In this document: in pieces, positions 1-12,204 of the stretch
How positions within the stretch are numbered: position 1 is the first letter of the stretch
Layout: every line of letters starts with the position of its first letter
NCBI RefSeq assembly: GCF_001194135.2
Contig: NC_068983.1
Location: 3,130,852-3,179,262 of the forward strand
Length of the DNA stretch: 48,411 bases
Origin: Octopus bimaculoides
Lineage: Eukaryota
Direction: 5' to 3'
Notes under the pieces: generated by a model
The model's database searches: none
Told to the model about the DNA's origin: nothing
What the model saw: only the letters and a program-made list of their open reading frames with translations
Program-made: the position numbers and the translations under genes

Positions 1-59
<59 letters not shown>

Positions 60-128
60 ATCAGGTGTGTATGTATGTACGTATATATGTATATATGTAT
101 GTAGTATTGCAATATATCTATGTATGTA

Positions 129-160
<32 letters not shown>
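1..160. repeat. Compound microsatellite (TA)n/(TATG)n/(TG)n
   Basis: Directly visible simple repeats. Confidence 0.95.
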
Positions 161-161
<1 letters not shown>

Positions 162-189
162 ATAAACATATCTATGTGCGCGTGTCTTT

Positions 190-401
190 GTGTTTGTGTT
201 TGTTTCGTGTCACCGCTTGACAACCGGTGTTGGTGTGTTTACGTGCCTGAAAACCTAGCGATTCGGCAAAATATTCCGATAAAATTAGTACCAGGCTTTA
301 AAAAAATAAGTCCTGGGGTCGATTCCTTCGACTAAAAACTCTTCAAGGCGGCGCCCCAGCATGGCCGCAGTCAAATGACTGCAACAAGTAAAAGGTAAAA
401 G
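190..401 (+). mobile_element. SINE family A, 3' (tail) module
   Basis: Matches the motif chain cgcttgacaaccg.tg.tggtgtgtttacg...gtcgat..cgactaaa...ccagcatggccgcagtcaaatgact..aacaagtaaaag, which recurs more than 10 times in the window (e.g. 16999-17177). Confidence 0.85.
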
Positions 402-769
402 ACAGTCTGTGTGTCCGACGCCTGTTGATGAAGTTTATACGAGAAATTAGTGGAAGTCATTTTAGAGCAGAGACTAAAGTACCCCAAACACTTAGGAATC
501 GATGAACAAGTACCCAATGTACAACACACAAACGAAAGACAAAGAAATGTGGGGGGAGGGTATTATGGGTGCATTTATGGGTGAATATTTAGAACAGTGT
601 GATAGGCAAGAAATAAGATCAAAGGAATTGGTACTGTAGCTGTAATGATTTCTATTCTTAGCTGGACACGATGCGAAGTAGCAAGACTAAAGAGGAAAAC
701 AAGAGAAATGAGCGCCAAAGTGTCACATCTAACATAGAGTTGCCATTCGTAGAGAATTTAGACGACATA

Positions 770-950
770 ACTGGTAGGAAGAAATACCACACGGTATCTT
801 TTGCTGCCGTCCTAGCGATTCTATCACTGTGCCGCTTTCCGGTGGTTTCAAATTTTGTGACAAGGACAGTAAATTTAGGGAAGGGCTACAGTCGATCACA
901 TCCAGCCCAGGACTTGGCTGCCACTTTATTTACTCGGTCCTGAAAATGGT
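770..950 (-). mobile_element. Degenerate SINE family B fragment
   Basis: Weak similarity to 8903-9305 (aaattt...acaagg, cagtcgatcacatc, ccaggacttggctgccactttattta). Confidence 0.4.
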
Positions 951-1100
951 GAAATTCTTCTCTTCGGTGTGATTTTGAATTCAAAACGTGAAAAGCCAGA
1001 AAAAAACGTTGCAGGGCAATTTTTTTTCTGACGTTCTAACGCTTCCTCAAATAGACCGCCATCTTTCTTTTTTTTTTTTGGATGTTTAGTCTCGGTATTC

Positions 1101-1104
<4 letters not shown>

Positions 1105-1156
<52 letters not shown>

Positions 1157-1397
1157 TGCACACGCATACACACACACATATATACGTCAGACAATGAATA
1201 ATATGTTATTTTTAAGCGAGGCTGTTAGATTGGTTGAATAAATGTCTATTATATTATCTGTGGTGTACATTGCTTTGTTTGTCTATTGGTTGTATGCCCA
1301 AATATACATACATATCATATATACATGCATATATGTGTGTGTGTTTGTGTGCATATACATACACACATATATATATATATATATATANNNNNNNNNN

Positions 1398-1428
<31 letters not shown>

Positions 1429-1470
1429 TATACATATATATATATATGCATATACATATATATATACACG
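1105..1470. repeat. (CA)n and (TA)n microsatellites with a 10-N gap (1388-1397)
   Basis: Directly visible. Confidence 0.9.
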
Positions 1471-2886
1471 CACGCACATATTCTACTTACAAACTTACAT
1501 CTATATACATACCATGCAATCTTGTAAATAAATGGCTAGTAAGGTATGTATATTTAGGTGAGTGTTATTTTGTATCTGTTAGAGGATGTATAAACGTGTG
1601 CGGTGTATACGTAGCGTTCATTTTTAGATTCTTCGTTTGAGGAATTAACATCAAATTATCTGTATACATTTCGTCTGCACAATTTTTTTTTCTTTTGGAA
1701 TGATGAGTTGGTTTTAGAATCTGGTTTTATTCTTTGATATTCCTAGGATGAACTTTTCTATTTGCGATAGCTTTTCATTTTTTCTTTTTCGTTTTGTTTC
1801 TTTTTTTTTTGTATTATCTACGCACATGGAAAGAACATGCGTTGTTAAACGAATAACCAATGGATTTACGTAGAACAGGCACCTCAAGATGTATCGGTAA
1901 ATAGCCGAAAATTGCATTAGTGTACTACTTTACATACAACCGAGAGCAGAAGGGATTTTGCCGCTGATAAAGTCATTAGAATTCACAAAAAATAAAAGCC
2001 AATGGGAGGCGCAGTGGGAGATTTCTATTACTGTTCCTTACATCAGCCATTAGACTCGACATCTGACACCTCATCAACGCTTTCGTCGCCATTTCAATAG
2101 TTTATATACTCTCAAACATGCAAACATATATATACGGCAAAACATGTGTTTTTGTGTATATGAATGTATACATATGTGTTTATGTATAAGTGCCTGTATG
2201 TGTTCATGTGCGTGCCTGCGGGTAGAGTGTATATTCATATGTTTAAATATATGTATGTACTTGTATGTATGTATGTATGTATGTATGTATGTATGTATGA
2301 ATATATGTATGTATGTATGTATGTATATATGTATGTATGTATGTATACGTATGCATGTGTGTCTGTAGTGTAGGAAATATATTAGCCAGCCATTTGGTGC
2401 AATGCTCTTAGTGCAGGGAAATATTCTAAATTTAAATCAATCAGATTTTTTTCACATGTACCATATCCTACATGTCTCCATGTGATCGTGCTATGGCGCC
2501 TTTTTTTCTGTCTACGAAGAGATAAAAACTGTGGCGTAACTACTTTTCGTACACTTCGCAGTCAGACTAAACTGTATGTTTATTAATAAGATGCGTCTCG
2601 TGTGTGTGTGTGTGTGCTTGTGGGTGCGCTGAATGCGCTGACGATTTACCGTAAGAATTAAGGCTGAAGGTTGTCTTACTCTACACAATGCAGTCTTTGA
2701 AGGGTCAATACGGAATCAGGATTTGATGCAATAAAAAGAGCTCAATAAAGTTGAAATGAATTCAGTGTGGGCATCTGATGATGAAAGGATCTGCAAGCGA
2801 TTGGAAATGGTTATTTAAACATAGTGAAAGTCGGAAATATTCCTCGCTTGTTTCCAGTTGTTTTATGATCGTTCATTTCCACCATA

Positions 2887-2932
<46 letters not shown>

Positions 2933-3169
2933 CGCGTGTGTCTATGTGTGTGTGTGCTGGTATGCGTTTGTGTGCATGTGTTTGTGTGCACGCGTACGTG
3001 TGTGTGTATGTGTGCATGTGCGTGTGTGCGTGCGTGTGTGTGTATTGTGTGTATGTTATGGGTGTCGCGAAAGGCCTGGCTGGAGACCCAACCTTCCGAA
3101 TTCTTTTTTACAGGGCTTAGAAAAGCTGAAGGACGACTACAATAAGTGTCTGAGAGAGGAATATGTTTA

Positions 3170-4040
3170 AGGAAACATATTCCCTCTCCTACAGGAAGCC
3201 TAATGAGGAAACGTAATATATCCACAAAAACTTGAATCACCCCCATCCCCGCTGTAAGTAGAAACCTTGTTCGGCCAACAGGGGGGGTTTTAATAGGGCT
3301 TCCTCCCACACACTACAACGATACTCTCGCTAGGAGCGAGTTCACAGAGCTCACTATGGGGAGGAGCTCCAAAGCCCCTCCCCACACCCCAAGTGGATTA
3401 AGAAGAGAAAAAGTATCTGGTTCAATCTCCCGTTCAACCTAGAAGTTTCTACCAACGTAGCTAGGAACTTCCTGTCGTTAATTAAGAAGCATTTCCCCAG
3501 AGGCCAAATGTATAACAAGTTCTTTAACCCCCACACTGTCAAGGTGACCTACGCCTGCTTAGACAACATCGCATCTAATATTGCACGCATCAACAGACGC
3601 AAAAATGCACACACACAACCACCAACCTGCAACTTCCGAAACCCTACCATCTGCCTTCAAGGAGGATCCTGCCTCTCCAGGGCCATAGTCTACAGAGCAA
3701 TATTCATACCATTCAATGGCATCACTAGGGACTATATGGGTATGACAGCCAACGAATTCAAAGGAAGATACTCACATCACATGCACTCACTCAGATGCAG
3801 AGACAGAAAGAATTCTACTTCCCCGTCTCACTTTCTCTGGAGACTCCGTGGCCTCCGAAACGAAACACCTGGCATCAAGTGCACTATCGTCGACAGGGCG
3901 CCATCACATTTACCCGGCGCCCGTAATTAGTAGTTCTGCTTCCATGAAAGACTGCACAACCTTTACCAACTCGCAGTATCCATCAACAGGAAATACGGTC
4001 AGTTCTATCGCTGTCACCCTTCTAGCAAATTTCAAGCAAC
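3170..4040 (+). mobile_element. Penelope-like element fragment: RT thumb/linker plus GIY-YIG endonuclease, decayed
   Basis: Translations YRKPNEET*YIHKNLNHP, RKSIWFNLPFNLEVSTNVARNFLSLIKKHFP, FNPHTVKVTYACLDNI, CNFRNPTIC..GSCLSRAIVYRA...DYMGMTANEFKGRYSHH and CFHERL..RCH follow the PLE pattern (YRKPN..YIH..SNHP; WFNPP; TVKVSYSC; CNCR; VVY..YIG.T..FK.R..H). Stops and frameshifts are present. Confidence 0.9.
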
Positions 4041-4199
4041 TGGCCGTCGACAACTCGGATTTAACACCTTAGTACCAGTTGTTTCCCTGTACTAGCTGCT
4101 GCAATGTCACCGTCGTCAACCGCCATGAACAGGGCCGATAACCCCCCCCCATCGCCGGTGTATTCCTGTCCACCGGCAAATCCACACTCCTTGTTTATG

Positions 4200-4630
4200 C
4201 TCACCCACACCAGTATGCATGCACGCACGCGTGCATATGCATGTACGCAAACATATGTATACACACACATACACAAATACATACAAATACATACACACAG
4301 ACATATATACGTACGCGCTCGCACATCCGCATAAACAAATACATACACACACACACATACACACGTCCGTTTTCGTCTGTAGGCATGTATCTACATAATT
4401 TCATACGTACATGCACATTCATACACACATACGTACACGCACTCATGCATATATACGTACGTACTCGCACATCTGCACAAACCTACACATGCACACACAT
4501 ACACATACGCATGCAGGTATACACGCACACATCTGCATGCGCGCGCATATATCCACACAATCTTATACATACATGCATACATACACCCACGCACTCACAT
4601 ACATTTGCGTATACGCGCATAGAAGTTCAT
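4200..4630. repeat. Long degenerate CA/TA-rich low-complexity tract
   Basis: Directly visible; source of the His/Thr/Ile-rich ORFs. Confidence 0.85.
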
Positions 4631-4904
4631 ATGCTTACTCTCTTATTTATAGACTCAGTCGCACCAACCCGCCCACGTGGTCCATTTCCTGTTCACCACG
4701 CGGCCTTTTTCCCAAGGAAGTATTGTTGCTGTACTACCAGCATTAAAACTGTGACATCACATGACCTTCCTTGACCATTTGTAGCCCATCCGCCGGTAGC
4801 CATCTTGGACTTTTCTGTACCTCTGTTTTCATTCGAATTTCCAGTGGACCTTGAAAATTTAAGTAGCACGGAATTTGAATCAAACTGTTCTGGTCCATAT
4901 ATAT

Positions 4905-5080
4905 GAATGCTCGAAATGAGGAGTAGATAGACAGCCGACAACTGATGAAGGGTCCTTTCTCTGTGTTCACTTGAGCTGCTTTCCATGTTTTTTTTTCTCG
5001 TTGTTTACGTATTTCCCTCGTTTTACTCGCGTTTGTTTAGGTATTTCATGTTATTTGCACCGTTGGTGACGTCCTGTACT
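4905..5080 (+). repeat. Dispersed repeat (gctcgaaatgaggagtag...ctgatgaagggtcc...gacgtcctgtac), possibly PLE-terminus derived
   Basis: A second copy lies in reverse orientation at 30535-30665, and both abut TA runs. PLE origin is an inference. Confidence 0.7.
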
Positions 5081-5815
5081 TATATATGTATATTATATAC
5101 ATGTACAAATAGGTGTTAGGAAGCAAGATATTTCTGATCGAATCAAGTCACCAATCAACTGGAAGGAATAAAAGCTGAAAGCCTAGACGCACCAAACTTC
5201 CAAACGCTTTAAACTTGCCATATGAACCTAACATCAAATGTCCTCCGCAGTCGTTACGACTGGCCTTACTCGCTAAAATAATTCCTGTGATTCTAGAATA
5301 TAAACACAGAAACTCTGGCCTTTTTTTTTTTTTTTGTAACTAACTTCCTTTAGAGGACGACCGAAGCATTGAGCTCAATCAATTCTTTCATTTCCAGAAA
5401 TTTCCAAATATATTCCAACCGCTAACTTTGAAATCTAACACACCTATGAAATAAATCAGTCCGTTTGTGCATTTTCTCTCTTCAAGTGGGGGAGGTTATT
5501 GTTCGGTCATTAATAGATAATACGTTTCCATTATCTTTGACCTACAACTTTGAAGTGGATCAGCTTAATTGCAGCGTATGAGGCCCACTGAAGCGGTTTT
5601 AGTGTGGATAGATTATTTAAAACAAACATTTATCTAGAAACTCTTCTGTTATTTTGACATTTGCCAAAATGTCAAAATAATCATTGACAAATATTCATGG
5701 CTTAAAATAATGGTGGTTGTCCGTAATTTCACATTAACACGGAAATCACTTATATTTGTCATGGTGACATTGAATAAATATGTATGTATACACACATATA
5801 CAAGCATACTTATAT

Positions 5816-5853
<38 letters not shown>

Positions 5854-5872
5854 ACACACACACAACACATAT

Positions 5873-6072
5873 ATTCTTTTATTTGATTCAGTCATTTGAC
5901 TGAGACCATGCTGGAGCACCGCCTTCGGTCGAACGAATCGACCCCAGGACTTATTCTTTGTATGCCTAGTACTTATACTAACAATCTCTTTTGGCGAACT
6001 GCTAAGTTACGGTGACGTAAACACACTAACATCGGTGGTCAAGCGAGGGTACAGGGACAAACACAGACACAC
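5873..6072 (-). mobile_element. SINE family A tail module
   Basis: Reverse complement of the family A tail. Confidence 0.85.
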
Positions 6073-6320
6073 AAATATATATATATATANNNNNNNNNNN
6101 NNNNNNNNNNNNNNNNNNNNNNNNNNNNNNNNNNNNNNNNNNNNNNNNNNNNNNNNNNNNNNNNNNNNNNNNNNNNNNNNNNNNNNNNNNNNNNNNNNNN
6201 NNNNNNNNNNNNNNNNNNNNNNNNNNNNNNNNNNNNNNNNNNNNNNNNNNNNNNNNNNNNNNNNNNNNNNNNNNNNGTATGTATGTATGTATGTATGTAT
6301 TATGTATGTATGTATATATT

Positions 6321-6452
6321 TGTGTGTCTGTGTTTGTCTCCCCACCATCGCTTGACAATCGATGTTGGTGTGTTTACGTCCCCGTCACTTAGCAGTTCGT
6401 CAAAAGAGACCGATAGAATAAGTACTAGGCTTACAAAGAATAAGTCCTGGGG
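6321..6452 (+). mobile_element. SINE family A tail module, 3'-truncated
   Basis: ccaccatcgcttgacaatcgatgttggtgtgtttacgtcccc...aagaataagtcctgggg. Confidence 0.85.
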
Positions 6453-6992
6453 ATGAGTGAGTGTCTGCCATAGAATGAACGCTAGTGCAATCGGAAGGTG
6501 GAAAGAAATATAGAATAAGAATGGCAAATAGATTCCAATTAAATCTCACTTGGTTATCTGTCTGGCAGTAAGTAAAAACCAAATCATAAACTCTATATTT
6601 CTAACATCTACACCCACCAGAATTTCAAATCTGGCCTCGTGGCTTCTTCACTATTCCAATCTCGCAGTAACCACTCCTTTCTTTGTTAGATCCGATAACA
6701 TTTAACGTGTTTCGCACATTTTCCTGTTCCGCTTCAAGAATCGGATCGAGTTTGGAGTTTTAAAAAAATTCAAATAAAACTAGAAATATTCTGTTACAAA
6801 TTGGCATTTAAAGTGATTTATTCGTTTTGTTGCACCGCTTTGCTTTAAAAGTAAACCATCCGGTCTATCTCGGTTCCTGATTAAAAATCCAATTTATAAT
6901 AAATATCAATTTCTTATAATAGGCTGCGTCTACAATAACCACAATAACAATAATAATAATGATTATTATTTCGTTTATTTTCCACATGGGCG

Positions 6993-7081
<89 letters not shown>

Positions 7082-7185
7082 AAGAAGAAGAAGAAGAAGA
7101 AGAAGAAGAAGAAGAAGAAGAAGAAGAAGAAGAAGAAGAAGAAGAAGAAGAAGAAGAAGAAGAAGAAGAAGAAGAAGAAGAAGAA
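6993..7185 (+). repeat. Compound (AAT)~20(GAA)~44 trinucleotide repeat
   Basis: Directly visible pure tracts, 6993-7053 and 7054-7185. Confidence 0.95.
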
Positions 7186-7610
7186 TATTAGTGACTACCA
7201 AAATCCCCTGGGATTTCCCAATCCAAACAGATCAGGTGCTAGAGCATAACAGACCGGACCTAGTGGTAGTCGACAAGATGCACCACAGGTGCTATATAAT
7301 TAATGATGTGTCCTGCTTTGACCAAACAATAGTCAAGAAGGAGGGCAAAAAAATAAATGCCACTCTCTTAAGTACGAACTAGCCCGGCTATGGAAAATGA
7401 AGAAGGTGAAGATAGTGCCAGTTATTATTGGGTCATTGGGAACGCTATCAGAAGGCATCAAGAGGAATATAAAAGAAACTGGAATAGAATTCCCAGTAGA
7501 ACTGTTACAAAAGGTTTGCCTCCTTGGCACGGCCAGAATAATCAGGTAAGTATTAGATAGATGAAAAGAACGAATAGCATGGTACCGTAGGCTGCAGGTA
7601 GTAAGCCCGC
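7186..7610 (+). mobile_element. R4/Dong-like non-LTR retrotransposon 3' end, copy 1 (REL endonuclease plus 3' UTR), pseudogenised
   Basis: WDFPIQTDQVLEHNRPDLVVVDK..CYIINDVSC, then ELARLWKMKKVKIVPVIIGSLGTL and LLQKVCLLGTARIIR*VLD. This is the PD-(D/E)xK-type REL domain and C-terminus typical of R4-clade elements. Confidence 0.85.
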
Positions 7611-7611
7611 A

Positions 7612-8308
7612 ACGCATGCAAGACTCCAGGAACTCCAATGGACAATTTCATAGAGATGTTGAAGGTAAGACAGACACAGAAAAAAGAGGGCTATGGATGA
7701 CTAAAAGTGCTTTAAAACCGAAAACGGAGGCTTTAATCTGTGCTGCCCAAGAGCAAGCATTAAGAACCAATTACATCAAATACAGAATAGACATCACATC
7801 AGAAAATGAGGAGTGCAGAATTTGTGAACAAAATAGTGAAACTGTTTGGGATGTTACCAGTCAATGTACGCCACTAACCCAGAAGAAATATAAGAGACGT
7901 CATGACAATATAGCAAGGATTGTCCATGGGACACTTTGCAATAAGTATGGACCTGACTTGACAGAGCAAAAAGTGGTATGAACATAAACCCGAAAGCATC
8001 ATCGAAAATGATAATGCAAAGATCCTATGGGATTTTATGATTGAGTGCGACCATGAGATTGAGAATAGGAAGTCAGACATTGTCTTAATTGAAAAAGAAA
8101 GCAAACGATCCTGGATCATAAATATAGCATGCCCAGCTGACAACAAGGTATGCGATAAGGAAGAAAGAAAAGCAGATACATATTACAGGTTAGCTTGGGA
8201 GGTTAAGCAGTTGTGGTCGCTGAAAAAGGTGGTAGTAGTACCAATAGCTGTCGAGCCCTGGGAACAGTGAGTAGAAATCTAGAGAAGTACGTGGAACAAA
8301 TAGGGGCT
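7612..8308 (+). mobile_element. R4/Dong-like non-LTR retrotransposon fragment, copy 2 (zinc knuckle plus REL), pseudogenised
   Basis: LKPKTEALICAAQEQALRTN, CRICEQNSETVWDVTSQC (CCHC-type knuckle with H degenerate), YKRRHDNIARIVH, KWYEHKPESIIENDNAKILWDF, RKSDIVLIEK, IACPAD and VVVVPIAV.ALGTV. Frameshifts near 7970 and 8255. Confidence 0.9.
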
Positions 8309-8902
8309 TAACCGAAGAGAAAAGTCTCTATCCTCAACATCGATGATGATGATGACGACGACGACGACGACGACGATGACGATGATGACAAATCCTCGAC
8401 TTTACATATCACTATTTAATGCTGGTTCAATTGAAATTGAAGGGTTCTCTCCCTTTCTCCTTGAAGCGGAATTTTCATTCACACCAACGACGTTTCTCCT
8501 TATTGTTGTTTATAACTTCAATTAAAACAAATTAGTTTTGTATCGACTCATTAAGTATGGTAGCATGTGTTTATCTAGAGATACAGAATGGATTGGAAAA
8601 CTATTAAAAATCTAGCAGGTTATGAAATACAGAACAACAAAGTCTGAGTTGTTTGAAGAATAAATCACTCATAGATGTTAACCACAACAAGAATGCAATA
8701 GTTGAGTCGGTGTTAATATAGTTAATGTATGGAATAATAAATAGCTAACTAGAAATAGTTATGTAATGAGTTAGACAGAACAATATTAATTAATAACTTG
8801 TCTTATGTCGGAAATTACAGTCAAATGCGTGCATTGTAAGATCATAATTAGATCGAAACATGTCCGGAATTGTCTTCATTTTTGACAAAATAATTATTAT
8901 AA

Positions 8903-9305
8903 TATTCTTTTCTACTATAGGTACAAGGCCCGAAATTTTGGGGGAAGGAGCCAGTCGATTAGATCGACCCCAGTACGCAACTGGTACTTAATTTATCGAA
9001 CCCCCATTAGAATGAAAAGCAAAGTTGACCACGGCGGAATTTGAACCCAGAACGTAAAGACAGACGAAATACCTATTTCTTTACTGCCCACAAGGGGCCA
9101 CACACAGAGGGGACAAACAAGGACAGACAAACGGATTAAGTCGATTATATCGACCCCAGTGCGTAACTGGTACTTAATTTATCGACCCCGAAAGGATGAA
9201 AGGCAAAGTTGACCTCGGCGGAATTTGAACTCAGAACGTAACAGCAGATGAAATACCGCTAAGCATTTCACCCAACGTGCTAACGTTTCTGCCAGTTCGC
9301 CGCCT
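8903..9305 (-). mobile_element. tRNA-derived SINE family B, full-length internally duplicated copy
   Basis: Minus-strand head aaggcggcgaactggcagaaacgttagcacg...gttctgagttcaaattccgcc (A-box and B-box like). The ~118-bp core occurs twice (8954-9072 and 9140-9257). Confidence 0.85.
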
Positions 9306-9559
9306 TACTATAATATTAATTATTGATTAATATTGTTTCATATTCACCACATAATTCTTTTTACGTAGATTTTTTTTCATGATATTCTGTATGTGAAATA
9401 TGTTCCTGCTTTCTTCTGGGCTTAGTGCCGGCGTGGTTGGATATAAGTAACTAAGGCCGAGTTAACGTTCGTGCTTCAAAACAAGCTGGAGGCGTCTCTA
9501 CATATTGTGCTACAAAAGCATAAAACTCGATTTCGAAACAACCGATTCTGCTCTGTGCA

Positions 9560-9700
9560 AATCTTTATACTCAGAAATATCATTTATTGAAAAGTGCATT
9601 CAACATCGAAGACCACTGAATCTAAATGCTATTGACTTTGAAAAGGTACTTGATAGTGTCCACAGAGAGTTCTTGTGGAGAATTGCCTTGCATTTTGGCA
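9560..9700 (+). mobile_element. RTE-clade LINE reverse transcriptase fragment
   Basis: IEKCIQHRRPLNLNAIDFEKVLDSVHREFLWRIALHFG matches the RT motif (F)IDFEKAFDSV.R..LW..L..YG. Confidence 0.75.
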
Positions 9701-9919
9701 GTGGTTCTCAACCGTTTTATTTAAATGAGTTTTCCCACGGAGCCCTTTTAATCTGTTAACGAGTTGTATTTATTTATCACCCGACGAGATACATCTGCAC
9801 CACCGGATGCTCCTGAACCAGTTGTTTCCAATTTCCAAGAGGAATCGATGCTAGATGTGTCGAAACAATTGTTGTAATTAATAATAAATTCTCGTATATT
9901 CCATCTGTATTTCATTTTC

Positions 9920-9996
9920 TACACACATTCACACACACACATACACACACACACACACACGCACACACACATATATAAAATACATATATATGTATG

Positions 9997-10092
<96 letters not shown>
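9920..10092. repeat. (CA)n/(TATG)n/(TA)n microsatellite
   Basis: Directly visible. Confidence 0.95.
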
Positions 10093-10094
<2 letters not shown>

Positions 10095-10376
10095 TTATTA
10101 AATAATGCAATACAGTAGTATTGCTTCCCAGTAAAACAAAGCACCATCAGGTTAAAGTATAAATATAGTAAATATAGGATAGTGGTACAACAATGCACCA
10201 ATATTTTCTGGAAATAGCAGTCGATAATATACGACGCTATAGTAAAGTCTCCCTGGCGAAAATTGTAACGCATGTGCCTGGTATGCCCTTATCAAGAGGG
10301 TAGTCATGATGGGTGTACTGGGTTTCGTATATTTTACCCCAGTGTCACTTTGATGGCATCTACTACTCTCTCACTC

Positions 10377-10378
<2 letters not shown>

Positions 10379-10426
<48 letters not shown>

Positions 10427-10500
10427 TAATTTATTTATTTGCCACAAGGGCGAAGGATGAGGGGGACAATACAGAGACAGACATGAAGTGTTGGAGTTTA
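10379..10500 (-). repeat. (AAT)n tract plus a LINE-type 3' tail motif (gccacaagggcg...ggggacaa)
   Basis: The motif is shared with 9075-9135 and 43720-43760. Confidence 0.55.
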
Positions 10501-11587
10501 CATATAATAATGTTTCCTTACTAAAACCCCATTTCTTGAAAAGCCAGAATTCTCTTTACTTTCTCAGGGTTCCGTTCTGTCTAACAGTGTTTGGTTAATT
10601 TCCTGATAATGAAGTCTGTCTTTCACCATGCTACAAAAGAAAAAAGAAAAAACAAAACAATATTAAAGTTTGGGAAGAAAACGGATTTTTTTTTCTCTTT
10701 TCGTTTGTTCTGTTTAAGTTTCCATCTCAACATCTGTGCCTTAAGCTAGGCAATGTTTTTAAGTCGCTCTTTTATAGAGCTATTTTAGGAAAAGGGTAAG
10801 CGGATCCTTAACATGCTGTTTCTTCTTCATGGGGTTGAAGGCCACGTGGTCAGATTTATCGCTGCTAAATTGGATGGCACGGTGTGGAGCGAGCTTCTGT
10901 CTAAATAACGATATGTGTGTGGTGCGTATGCGTGTGTTTGTGTACGTATGCGTGTATGTACGTGTATACATACACAAACATGTATATACCATATATATAT
11001 TATATGTGTGTATATGGGTATATATATATATGTATGTATATGGGTACACACACACACACACACACATATATATATNNNNNNNNNNNNNNNNNNNNNNNNN
11101 NNNNNNNNNNNNNNNNNNNNNNNNNNNNNNNNNNNNNNNNNNNNNNNNNNNNNNNNNNNNNNNNNNNNNNNNNNNNNNNNNNNNNNNNNNNNNNNNNNNN
11201 NNNNNNNNNNNNNNNNNNNNNNNNNNNNNNNNNNNNNNNNNNNNNNNNNNNNNNNNNNNNNNNNNNNNNNNNNNNNNNNNNNNNNNNNNNNNNNNNNNNN
11301 NNNNNNNNNNNNNNNNNNNNNNNNNNNNNNNNNNNNNNNNNNNNNNNNNATATATATATATATATATATATACATATATATAAATACGATATATGTAAAC
11401 AAAGTTTGCTTTTTTTAGAAGTGTTAAGGTATATTGAGATATACAGATATGGAAATACTTTTACTCTCAAACGCATAATAATAATGCTGAATAGCATAAA
11501 TAGGACAGAACATCTTTATATGGCCGCTAACAAATTTTTCTGCAATATAAGGATATATATATGTAGGGGGTGTATGTATGTGTGTGC

Positions 11588-11795
11588 ATGTGTTTGTGTG
11601 TCTGTGTTTGTCCCCACCACCATCGCTTAACAACCGATGTTGGCGTGTTTACGTCCCCGTAATGTAACGGTTCGGCAAAAGACACCGATAGAATAAATAC
11701 TAGGCTTACAAAGAATAAATCCTGGGGTCGATTTGCTCGACTAAAGGCAGTGCTCCAGCATGGCCGCAGTCAAATGATTGAGACAAGTGAAAGAA
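11588..11795 (+). mobile_element. SINE family A tail module
   Basis: Near-consensus tail that follows a TG-rich run. Confidence 0.9.
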
Positions 11796-11904
11796 TATAT
11801 ATATGCCTCTGCATGTGTATGCTTGAGTGTATTACATATATGTTTGTGTGTAGTACACTCACACATGGATGTATGCCTATGTGTACCATAAGTCAGTTTG
11901 TTCC

Positions 11905-12025
11905 GCTCTCTCTCTCTCTCTCTCTCTCCCTCTCCCTCTCTCTCTCTCTCTCCCTCTCTCTCCCCNNNNNNNNNNTCTCTCTCTCTCCCTCTCTCTCCCC
12001 CTCTCTCTCTCTCTCTCTCTCTCTC
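11905..12025. repeat. (CT)n microsatellite with a 10-N gap
   Basis: Directly visible. Confidence 0.95.
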
Positions 12026-12204
12026 AACCACAGCGTAACCTCGAAATCTATTTAGAATTGTCTTTTAAACCTTACAATAGCATCTACTTCTATCGCTGCA
12101 CATGACATTCACATCAGAAATGAACGTCTGATTCGTATTCATATATATTTTTGTATCGGTATGTACAGACCTTTCCTTCCACTTCAAACTCCAAACTAAT
12201 CGAT

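Noticed and set aside
4910-4965. CTGATGA with an upstream GAAA as a possible type II hammerhead (also 30620-30665)
   Set aside because: No helix I hairpin or credible helix III could be formed.
6914-7249. Poly-Asn/poly-Lys and poly-Leu/poly-Ile ORFs
   Set aside because: They come from the (AAT)n(GAA)n tract and are not proteins.
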